Shown here: positions 48,395-56,874 of the stretch, piece after piece
Position numbering within the stretch: the first letter of the stretch is position 1
How the letters are laid out: every line of letters starts with the position of its first letter
NCBI GenBank assembly: GCA_965219415.1
Contig: OZ244742.1
Location: 1,440,001-1,504,000, forward strand
DNA length: 64,000 nucleotides
Origin: Candidatus Marinacidobacterales bacterium
GTDB taxonomy: Bacteria; Acidobacteriota; Vicinamibacteria; Marinacidobacterales; DATDRI01
Direction: 5' to 3'
Made by a program: the position numbers and the translations under genes
The notes under the pieces: generated by a model
The model's database searches: none
Told to the model about the DNA's origin: nothing
What the model saw: the letters and a program-made list of their open reading frames with translations, nothing else

Positions 48395-51300
48395 TTAAGG
48401 TCGTTGGTTCTTGGATAGCGAACGATAATATTCCTCGACTAGCTTTCGATAGCCGGCCGGCACGTGATCTGAACCGGAAAGCAGGAGCTCTTCCTTGCTC
48501 ATACCCTCTAGCTCTCGCCTTAGCCAGTATTCGAATTGCTTGAGCTCTTCGACCAGCGTGCTGAGCTCCTGCAAACCACGCGGGTCCTCATAGACCTTAT
48601 AGACCTTCTTCGAATCGTAGGCTTCCATCCGCTCGATGATGCTCTGAAGGTCTGGAACCTGCAGGTCCTGCCGTTGTAGTTCTTGCCTCAAGCCCTGCGC
48701 TTCTTGAGCTCTCTCCCTGAACTCACGGCGGAACTGCCGAATATCTTCGGAACTGAACGTGCCCGGCTGAAAGCTGTTGGCCCCTGGCCCCACGAAGCCC
48801 GGCGCATTCAAAGAGCGCTCGGGGTCGCTGCCCTGTTGGCCCTGTTGGCCCTGCTGACCTTGCTGCTCCTGTCCTTCTTGTCCAGGTTCTCCGCCGGACT
48901 CCTCCCCACCCGGGCTTCGGGGATTCAGACCCTGGGCCCGCTCCTGAAGTCGTTCATCGAGCGACTCCAGACTACGAACCAGCTCCCGCGTCTTCTCCAA
49001 CGCCTCCTCCGCTTGAGCCCTCTCGCTCTTTCCGATGGCGCCTCTCGCTTCTTCGATTCGATCGCGCAACTCGGAAATGTCCTCGCTGATCTGATCCTCG
49101 AATTGCCGTGCGTACTCCGGCGTCCGGCCCTGTACCACGCCCTTGGAGTAGCGGATCTTCTCTTTGAGCTTGCTGTCGCGGATGGAATCGGCCGCCTCGC
49201 GAAGCTTTCTCGACGCATCCTTCTGTTCCTGGCGCGACTCCATAGACATTCGATCCATCTGTGCCTCGAGATCTGCGACTTCGCTGGCTAGCTCGCTCTT
49301 CCGTTCCAGCAAGCGTTGCATCCTATCGGCATTTTCCCGAGGGCTAGTCTGATCCAGCCGACCGACATCGGATTGAATTTTTTCCTGCTGTCGAGTGATT
49401 TTCTCCGCACGGGAGCGGATATCGTCCATATCCCTCTCGAGTCGAGAGGCCCGATCTTTCTCCAACAGCCGGCGCGCATCCTTCAGCCGATCGAGCGCCG
49501 AGATGCCCTCGGACAGAGATCCCTCGCGCCCTTCGCTTGCCGCCCGTCGCATGGAGCTTGCCGCCTGGTGGAGCCGCCGCGCCGTATCCTCCAACCCCTT
49601 CTCGGATTTCTCTCGAGCCAGACGCTCCAATCGACGCGCCAGCTCTTCCGTCTCCTCGGCGACATCGCGTTGGCCCCCGCCACCGCCGCCGCCGGGGAAG
49701 TTTTGTGATTTGGAGCGTTTCATGCGCTCGTTTTCCTGCTGCTGCCGTCGGGCAAGCTCCTGCAGACGCTGCAAAGCCTCGTCGACCTCGTTATCCACGG
49801 TCTGCCGCTCGCCCCTTTGCACGGTCTCGTACTGGTTGCGCAGCTTGTCCATCTCGAGCTCGAAGAGGTCCGCAAGATCTTCGACGTTCGACTGCTTGCC
49901 GCCACCCATTCCACCGCCACCAAAGGCTACTTGCACTTCGCGGAACACCGCTTCGGCCCGCTGCAAATGTTGAAGGGCTCGTTGCTCAGGTGGAAGCGCT
50001 TCATCGGGCTTCTTCTCCAGGAGTTTTTCCTCAGCCGGCTCCATCGCTTCGGCCGCTAGACGAAGCGAGGCGGCGATTTTCCCAAAATCCGTATCCCCCT
50101 CGACGATGCCGCGGTTGGTCATGCGCCGAAGCAGCGTCCCGACCTGCTCTCTCAAACGACCCTGCATCAAGGCAATCGTCGTCAGATTCTCCGAGTATTC
50201 CTTTTCGGAATAGCTCTTCCGATCGCGGGCGATCTTGAAGGTTGCGGCCACAATCTGGCGCTGCCTTTGAGATAGAGCGTTGTCCATTCCTTGCCCGGCG
50301 CCCCCCATGCCCTGCTGCGCCTGTCGATACTGCTTTCCAAAGGGGCGTACCTCCAAGAAATAGATGTCGGTGCTCGCCGTCTGAGCGCCTTCCACGCCAT
50401 TGCCATCCGTAGCGCGGCCGAAATAGGAAACAAAATCACCCGGCTCGAGCAGGAGGTCCTCCATAAAAAAGGTGTGGCCGGAGGAGACTTCCTTCTTCGG
50501 CGGAGAACCCTCGCGATGGAGCCAGACGGACTGCTCCTCTCCTCCGTTCACCGAATAAACGAGCTCCAACTCGCGAATCCCGTAGTCGTCCTCGGCCCGG
50601 AGCTCGGTAAAGACCTCCTCGATGGAGCTGACCTTGGTGTCCCTGCCCGGTTTCAGAAACGCCACCGATGGCGGCTGGTCGCTCAGGATCTCGATCGTGA
50701 AGTCCGGCGAGCCCTTGTGCATCTTGCCGTCGAAGGCGGACAGCTCGATGCTATAAAACCCCTCGGTGTCGATGTGAAGTGTCGCGGACAAGGTCCCGTC
50801 GTCCGCCAAGTCCATGGGCTGGGACTCTTTCCCTTCGACGCGCACCGTGCCTCCCGCAACACGAACGGTCGGCGTCGCTGCAACAACTACATTGGTCCCC
50901 TTGAGGGTCGCGATGTCGCCACCGTCTTCAATCGTGCGCGGCGATAGGCCAGTGTACTTGGGGAACCGATACTCCAGATCCACTCTATCCACGTAAGGCA
51001 AATCGGACACGCCGATGCGAAATACCGGAGAGCGAACGCCGCTAGACTCGACGAAGTAGTCGGTCGTACTGTTGAGATCCAGGAGCATAAACATGAACTG
51101 GCCCCCATCGCCATCAACCGTCATCGGCCAACGTTGAAACTTTTCGTCTTCCTCCGTTTTCACTCCGATTTCCACCCGGTCGCTATCGAATCCCTCTAGT
51201 CGAGCCTGAACCAGCTGGTCCGCCCCCCGCGCCACGCCGAGGTGACCGGGCGCCACCACGATGAAATACGGATTGGCGGCGCGAGCACTCCGCCAAGGAT

Positions 51301-51877
51301 TTAGGAATATCGATGCGCCGTGGCGCAGAAACGCCGGGCTCAACAGCACCGCAAGCATTCCCAATAGCGCAACGACCGCCATAGTGCCGGAAGCGCGATG
51401 GAGGCGCTGCCGCTCGATCAGTCGTCCAAACTGGTTGCTCTGGCAGCTATCGTAAGCCGCCTCCACCAACCGTTCGATGAGCGCCGGTGACGAGCCCGGT
51501 CGGTTCTTCTCATCGTCGTCCTTGCCCTTGGCCCCGACCTCGACGGCACTGACTACCGCCGCTTGGAGCGAGGGGTCGTTCTCCTCGATATAGAGAGCGA
51601 CTTGCTGGTCCGACACACGCCTCCCGAGAGGAAGAATAATGAAGCGCAACGTCAAACCAATGAGCCCGAGGTACGTGAAAACGCGGAAAGCCCAAACCGC
51701 CGAGTCGCTGTAGCGCAGCTGATCGATTCCAAAGGCCGACACCGCCAGGGCGAGAAGACCGGCCGCCAAGACAATGGCCGCCCCCCGGAGTGCCAGCCGT
51801 AAGCGCCATCGATTCCTTACGTGGCGGATGACGCGAAGCAGCTCGTCGTAGCTGGACAAGATGGGTGCGTTCAACAT
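48395..51877 (-). CDS. Large membrane-anchored Ig-like/coiled-coil protein (DUF4175-like)
   Basis: Three N-terminal TMs, Ig-like region (YRFPKYTG, AEDDYG), long Q/E/R coiled coils, C-terminal VPAGYRKLVEEYYRSL. Confidence 0.75.
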   Translation of the reverse strand: MLNAPILSSYDELLRVIRHVRNRWRLRLALRGAAIVLAAGLLALAVSAFGIDQLRYSDSAVWAFRVFTYLGLIGLTLRFIILPLGRRVSDQQVALYIEENDPSLQAAVVSAVEVGAKGKDDDEKNRPGSSPALIERLVEAAYDSCQSNQFGRLIERQRLHRASGTMAVVALLGMLAVLLSPAFLRHGASIFLNPWRSARAANPYFIVVAPGHLGVARGADQLVQARLEGFDSDRVEIGVKTEEDEKFQRWPMTVDGDGGQFMFMLLDLNSTTDYFVESSGVRSPVFRIGVSDLPYVDRVDLEYRFPKYTGLSPRTIEDGGDIATLKGTNVVVAATPTVRVAGGTVRVEGKESQPMDLADDGTLSATLHIDTEGFYSIELSAFDGKMHKGSPDFTIEILSDQPPSVAFLKPGRDTKVSSIEEVFTELRAEDDYGIRELELVYSVNGGEEQSVWLHREGSPPKKEVSSGHTFFMEDLLLEPGDFVSYFGRATDGNGVEGAQTASTDIYFLEVRPFGKQYRQAQQGMGGAGQGMDNALSQRQRQIVAATFKIARDRKSYSEKEYSENLTTIALMQGRLREQVGTLLRRMTNRGIVEGDTDFGKIAASLRLAAEAMEPAEEKLLEKKPDEALPPEQRALQHLQRAEAVFREVQVAFGGGGMGGGKQSNVEDLADLFELEMDKLRNQYETVQRGERQTVDNEVDEALQRLQELARRQQQENERMKRSKSQNFPGGGGGGGQRDVAEETEELARRLERLAREKSEKGLEDTARRLHQAASSMRRAASEGREGSLSEGISALDRLKDARRLLEKDRASRLERDMDDIRSRAEKITRQQEKIQSDVGRLDQTSPRENADRMQRLLERKSELASEVADLEAQMDRMSMESRQEQKDASRKLREAADSIRDSKLKEKIRYSKGVVQGRTPEYARQFEDQISEDISELRDRIEEARGAIGKSERAQAEEALEKTRELVRSLESLDERLQERAQGLNPRSPGGEESGGEPGQEGQEQQGQQGQQGQQGSDPERSLNAPGFVGPGANSFQPGTFSSEDIRQFRREFRERAQEAQGLRQELQRQDLQVPDLQSIIERMEAYDSKKVYKVYEDPRGLQELSTLVEELKQFEYWLRRELEGMSKEELLLSGSDHVPAGYRKLVEEYYRSLSKNQRP

Positions 51878-51968
51878 GCGTTGACCCCTCTAACCATTTC
51901 GCCCCCGTTGGGACTCGGTTCGGGCATTTTCAACATCTTCTTCCGTATTCGGCTGCACGCGGAAATAT

Positions 51969-54086
51969 TCATGAGCTAGCCAAGCGAGATAACCGATTGG
52001 ACCAACGTGTCTCGATAGCCAGCAGCACGAGCGCTGCCGCCAAGAAGTACCACCAAACCCGCTGGCGGCGATCCTGGTCTGCCGGCGTCCATTGTCCGCC
52101 GGTTTGAATGTTCTCCACCTCCCTCGAACTTATCGCAGCCGCCACCTCTTCGGGATCGAGCGAAGACAGATCGGACTCCGTTAGATCCAGATTTACCGCC
52201 AGACTGACCGGATCTCCCGACTGGCTCTTCATGAAGCGAAACTCGTAGAACCCTTGCTCATCCAACGTGAGCAATCGTTGATCCTCTTGCCGGGAGAGAA
52301 AGGACTTCTCACCGGAAGGGGCCACCGCGACCAGCTCCGCCGAAGCCAACGGGCCAGCCCCGGCTTCCTTGACCGCACCGCCCGCATTCGCCAGCTCAAG
52401 TTGTCGGGACAGATCCAATACGTCACCCACCTCGTGCCAGGCGTTCGCCTCCGCGTAACCGGAGGCGTACTTGACCAGCTGATGCACGAACGGCAAGAAC
52501 ACAGGCTGCAATGCCAAATCGTTCCAAAAAGTGTCAAGCGTCGAGCTCCAGAGCAAGACTCTACCGTCCCCTATTCGCTTCTCGGCGAGGGCCACCTCTC
52601 CATCATCGAACCGTGCCAAGATGCCTTGAGGTAAACCTCCCTCGATGTTGCCTCTGAGGGGTCGGTAGCGAAAGAACTTCGCGGGCGAGAAGTCTCCGCT
52701 GCGAGGAGCGCTGAAGAGCTCGAAGACCGGATGGTCATAGTCGATGTAGGCCAACGCACCCCCCCAGTCCGTCGACCTATCCACGGGAGAACCCCATGTC
52801 GCGGGCAGGAGCTCGGCTGCCGATCCGGTCCATCCCTTTGCGCCACTGCGCTCGCCGAGCACCACCACCAGGCCCCCGCCCGAGGCGACGAAATCGCGCA
52901 GCAGCCGAGCCGCCGACGCACTGGGTTCTGGGACATCGTTCAAGAAGACCACCGCGCGGCCGTCCAGGTCCTTTCGCTTCACGCTCGACCCCTTCTTGAC
53001 ATCCATTCGAAAGGCGGGGCGCTCGCCGAGTGCTAGCACTCTGCGAAGGTAGAGGCTTCGCCGTACTCCCACCCCCGGCCCTTCCAAGACCAGAATCGAA
53101 AGTGACTGTCCGGGCCAAATCACGAAGTGGAAGGCGTTGTCCCGGGGTAACGAATCCTCCGCGGTTCGGACCGTCCCCCGAGAAACGCCGTCTGGAAGGG
53201 TGAACGGCTCGAAACGAACCGTGGCTGAGCTATTGGGCGGGAGGCTGATTCTCTGGTCACGAAGCACGCGGCCACCGAGCTCAAGGGAAACCGGAAGCTC
53301 AGAAACCGCCTCTGCACCTTTATTGATGAGACGGGCCGACGCCACCACACGTTCTCTTCCGGAGACCGGCGCGCGCTCTAGCACCACCGTCGTCACCGCC
53401 ACGTTGGACGTTTCGGGTTCGGACAGATCGAAGGTGTTGAGCTTCGTCCCGGGCGGGAGCACGACGTCTTCACGCCCCCCCCAACCCACGCGCTGGAAGT
53501 CGCTAATGAGAGCCACTTCCTTTCTTGGCAACTTCGACTCGTCGAGAAGCTTCTTGGCGAGCTTCAAGGGCGGACCGTAGCGAGTGGTCCCAGACCCCAA
53601 GTTGTGGTTGTCGATGAGAGAGTGGAGCCGGGCTCGGTCCGACGTGGGTTGGTTCGCGGCGATAGCCCGATCCGAAAAGAAAACCAGCGTAGCTCGCTCC
53701 GACGGCTCGATCTCGTTGACGATGCGGTGCGCGGCGTCGACTGCCTGCGTCCAGTGATCCTTGTACCCCATGCTGTAAGACCGATCCACAAGGATGACGA
53801 CTTCCCGGGCGCCGGTCAGCGAAGTGACGGCACGGCGCGGCCGATCGAGGAACGGGCGAGAGAAGGCCATCACTAAGAGCAATAGCGCCAGACATCTCAT
53901 CAGGAAGAGAAGCCAGTGCTTGATCTTCTGACGCCGCACCGAACGATACGGAATCCTGTTCAGGAACATCAGCGATGGAAACTCGACCACTTCCCGTTTC
54001 TCGCGATTCGTGAGGTGGATGATAACGGGGATGGCTAGCGTAATGGCGCCGATCAAGAAGGCCGGAGTTAGAAAGCTCAAGCCCAT
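51969..54086 (-). CDS. BatA-N double-TM plus VWA domain membrane protein
   Basis: FLTP...IPVIIHL...FPSLMFL BatA motif; MIDAS DRSYS, ISDFQ; C-terminal NLDLTESDL plus TM. Confidence 0.85.
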   Translation of the reverse strand: MGLSFLTPAFLIGAITLAIPVIIHLTNREKREVVEFPSLMFLNRIPYRSVRRQKIKHWLLFLMRCLALLLLVMAFSRPFLDRPRRAVTSLTGAREVVILVDRSYSMGYKDHWTQAVDAAHRIVNEIEPSERATLVFFSDRAIAANQPTSDRARLHSLIDNHNLGSGTTRYGPPLKLAKKLLDESKLPRKEVALISDFQRVGWGGREDVVLPPGTKLNTFDLSEPETSNVAVTTVVLERAPVSGRERVVASARLINKGAEAVSELPVSLELGGRVLRDQRISLPPNSSATVRFEPFTLPDGVSRGTVRTAEDSLPRDNAFHFVIWPGQSLSILVLEGPGVGVRRSLYLRRVLALGERPAFRMDVKKGSSVKRKDLDGRAVVFLNDVPEPSASAARLLRDFVASGGGLVVVLGERSGAKGWTGSAAELLPATWGSPVDRSTDWGGALAYIDYDHPVFELFSAPRSGDFSPAKFFRYRPLRGNIEGGLPQGILARFDDGEVALAEKRIGDGRVLLWSSTLDTFWNDLALQPVFLPFVHQLVKYASGYAEANAWHEVGDVLDLSRQLELANAGGAVKEAGAGPLASAELVAVAPSGEKSFLSRQEDQRLLTLDEQGFYEFRFMKSQSGDPVSLAVNLDLTESDLSSLDPEEVAAAISSREVENIQTGGQWTPADQDRRQRVWWYFLAAALVLLAIETRWSNRLSRLASS

Positions 54087-55009
54087 CAGCGCACCCTGCT
54101 CAGACGTTGTCGATTCGACAGGTAATTGAAGAGTGCGAAGTCCAGAGGGGTCGAGGTATCGAAGAGCGCGTAATCGATTCGGTTGTCACCCAGCCAGCGG
54201 GACAGCCGATCGATGTGCTCCGCCACTAATTTTCGATACTGCTCGCGCAAGTACTCGGGTATGACCGGGATCGCCTCTTCGGTTTCCAAGTCGCGGTAGT
54301 TGGCGATTTCGTCGAACGGGAACTCGACCTCGGCGGGGTCCAACACGTGAAAGACAATGAGGTCGTTTCCCTTGTAGCGAAGAACCTTCACCGCATCCAA
54401 CACCGCCTCCGGCTCCTCGTAGAAATCCGAGATGAGAACCATGATGCCGCGCCGACGCACAGCTTCCGCCACCTTGGCCAGCGGTGGGCCCAAGACTCCT
54501 CGCCGGCCGGGCTTCATCCGATCGATCTTATGCAGAACGACCTCGAGGTGCTTAGCAGAGGGAGGTACGAAGTCGACGATATCTTCGTCGAACGTCACCA
54601 ATCCCACTCGGTCTCGTTGCTTGTGCGAGAAATAGGCGAGGCAGGCAGCCAGATAGCGCGCGTAATCCAACTTCGTGACACCGCTACTGCCGAAAGTCAT
54701 GGAGCGAGAGAGATCCACAATGACCGTAAAGCTAGTGTTGGTGTCGGCTTCGAACTCCTTGACGTAAAACCGATCGGCGCGCGCGAAGAGCCGCCAGTCG
54801 ATTCTACGGATATCGTCGCCTGGCATGTAGGCGCGGTGCGCGGCGAAATCGACGGAGCGGCCGACGTAAGGTGATCGATGAAGCCCGCTGATGAACCCTT
54901 CGACCACGGTTCGCGCCAATAGCTCCAGATTGTCGATCTTCCCCAGAATCTTGGGGTCCATAAAACGGGTGGATGCGGTGGGCTCGTTCGTTGCTCCCTT
55001 GCCTCGCAT
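54086..55009 (-). CDS. DUF58 family VWA-like protein
   Basis: GLHRSP...YMPGDDIRRIDW, DLSRS and ISDF motifs. Confidence 0.92.
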   Translation of the reverse strand: MRGKGATNEPTASTRFMDPKILGKIDNLELLARTVVEGFISGLHRSPYVGRSVDFAAHRAYMPGDDIRRIDWRLFARADRFYVKEFEADTNTSFTVIVDLSRSMTFGSSGVTKLDYARYLAACLAYFSHKQRDRVGLVTFDEDIVDFVPPSAKHLEVVLHKIDRMKPGRRGVLGPPLAKVAEAVRRRGIMVLISDFYEEPEAVLDAVKVLRYKGNDLIVFHVLDPAEVEFPFDEIANYRDLETEEAIPVIPEYLREQYRKLVAEHIDRLSRWLGDNRIDYALFDTSTPLDFALFNYLSNRQRLSRVR

Positions 55010-55065
55010 GACGTCTCTCTAGACTCTCCGGGACTCGCTGGTCTTCTCAGGCATTCACTTCGCCC

Positions 55066-56094
55066 CTACATCCGAGACTTCGGCGCGGTTACCGCTTCTA
55101 GCAACTGATCGATGATCTGGCTAGAAGTCACGCGTTCCGAATCGGCGTGGAAGTTGGTCAGCACGCGATGCCGGAACACAGGATGAGCCAGCCCACGAAT
55201 GTCCTCGAAGCTCACATGGTAGCGTCCGTTCATCAGCGCTCTGGCCTTGCCTCCAAGAATGAGGTACTGCGCGGCACGCACGCTGGCACCATACTCCACC
55301 CACTTCTTGATGAACTCCGGTGCGTCGGGTGCTCCGGGCCTACTGATGCGGGCCAGGTTGACTGCATAACGCATGACCGGCTCCGATACCGGGACTTTTC
55401 GCACCAGCTTCTGAAAGGCGGTCATGTCCTTGCCGGTTACCACCGGTTTGAAGTTCAGGTCCTGCGGCGATGTGGTAGCTCTGACCACCTCGAGCTCCTC
55501 ATCTTCCGGTAGATAGTCGATGATGATGTCGAACATGAACCGGTCCAACTGCGCCTCGGGAAGCGGATAGGTTCCCTCGAGCTCGATAGGGTTCTGGGTG
55601 GCAAAGACGTAGAAGGGCTCTTCGAGAGGGTAAGTTCGCCCTTGGATGGTGACCTGGTGCTCTTGCATGGCCTCGAGCAGCGCCGACTGTGTCTTCGGTG
55701 GCGTTCGATTGATCTCGTCCGCTAGCAAGATGTTATTGAAGATCGGCCCGGGCATGAAGACCATCTCCCGACGTCCAATAGCGGGATCTTCCTGAATGAT
55801 GTCCGTGCCCGTGATGTCGGACGGCATCAAATCGGGTGTGAACTGGATGCGCGCGAACTTCAAATCCAAGACCTGCGCCACAGTATGGATGATCAGGGTC
55901 TTGGCCAGTCCGGGCACGCCGGTGATGATGCTGTTGCCACCGACAAAGAGAGAGAGCAACACTTGCTCGACCACTTCATCCTGTCCGACGATCAGCTTTC
56001 GCAGCTCCACCAGGATCTGCTCGCGCGCCTCCTTCAATCGATCCGCCAGAGCAATATCATCCGCCGACTCGAGCTCGACTCTTTCTTCCCCCAT
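55066..56094 (-). CDS. moxR: MoxR family AAA+ ATPase
   Basis: GVPGLAKT, RIQFTPDLMPSD, LADEINR and ATQNPIE.EGTYPLPEAQLDRF motifs. Confidence 0.95.
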   Translation of the reverse strand: MGEERVELESADDIALADRLKEAREQILVELRKLIVGQDEVVEQVLLSLFVGGNSIITGVPGLAKTLIIHTVAQVLDLKFARIQFTPDLMPSDITGTDIIQEDPAIGRREMVFMPGPIFNNILLADEINRTPPKTQSALLEAMQEHQVTIQGRTYPLEEPFYVFATQNPIELEGTYPLPEAQLDRFMFDIIIDYLPEDEELEVVRATTSPQDLNFKPVVTGKDMTAFQKLVRKVPVSEPVMRYAVNLARISRPGAPDAPEFIKKWVEYGASVRAAQYLILGGKARALMNGRYHVSFEDIRGLAHPVFRHRVLTNFHADSERVTSSQIIDQLLEAVTAPKSRM

Positions 56095-56115
56095 CGAGAC
56101 CTTCCCTTTCGTGTT

Positions 56116-56874
56116 TTAGTGTGTCATTCCGTAGATGACGTAATTCACGCCCAACTTGTACGCCTCGTTCGAAAGCTCAATCGGGATCCATTCGGTGTCC
56201 GACCACTCCCAGTAGTCGCCGATGTCGTGGTTGTAATTGGCGATCACCATCAAACGTTTCGATGGATCGTTATCCTCGAAGATGCCGTAGTAAACAGGTT
56301 TGACTTCCGGAAAGTTCGGATGATCGAAGTCCAGCGTCTCGATGTGGAAGAAGGAGTCGAAGATGGGATGGGTAACCTCGAGCTTGACCAACTGGGCACC
56401 GGGCAGCACCTTTCGAATCCCGGCCTCGAAGGAGTCCCAGTGCCACATCATGAAATCGTCGACCACAAGGAAGCCACCTTTTTGGAGGTAACGGCGTAGA
56501 CTGGTCGCCTCCTGGTCGGTGAGCGCCCAGAAACCGACTTCGCATACGTAGGCCCAGGGATATTTGAACAGCTCTGGGTCATCCATGGCCAGAATGTTTC
56601 CACCGTGCGTGTTCGGAGTGAGGTAGGTCAGCTCGCTCAGAATCTTGGTGAAATGACTTTCTCCTCTCGGGTAATCGTGATTCCATTTGAGGTCCAAGCC
56701 CCAGGCGTAAGGCCCCGGTCCCCAGAAGGTAGGAGAAAAGCGCAGCCGGACAAAGGTGAACTGCCCGTTGTAAGGAACGTTGGAATAGGGCACATCGGGA
56801 GCGTCGGCAAGGCCGGCAGAAAGCGGGATGGCGGCCATCACCAGCAAGACAGTGAGTAGCCAGAAGCGTCTCAT
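56116..56874 (-). CDS. Exported DUF4159 domain protein
   Basis: Signal peptide; W..DYP, YLQKGGFLVVDDF, HPIF, DIGDYWE and GVNYVIYGMTH motifs. Confidence 0.85.
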   Translation of the reverse strand: MRRFWLLTVLLVMAAIPLSAGLADAPDVPYSNVPYNGQFTFVRLRFSPTFWGPGPYAWGLDLKWNHDYPRGESHFTKILSELTYLTPNTHGGNILAMDDPELFKYPWAYVCEVGFWALTDQEATSLRRYLQKGGFLVVDDFMMWHWDSFEAGIRKVLPGAQLVKLEVTHPIFDSFFHIETLDFDHPNFPEVKPVYYGIFEDNDPSKRLMVIANYNHDIGDYWEWSDTEWIPIELSNEAYKLGVNYVIYGMTH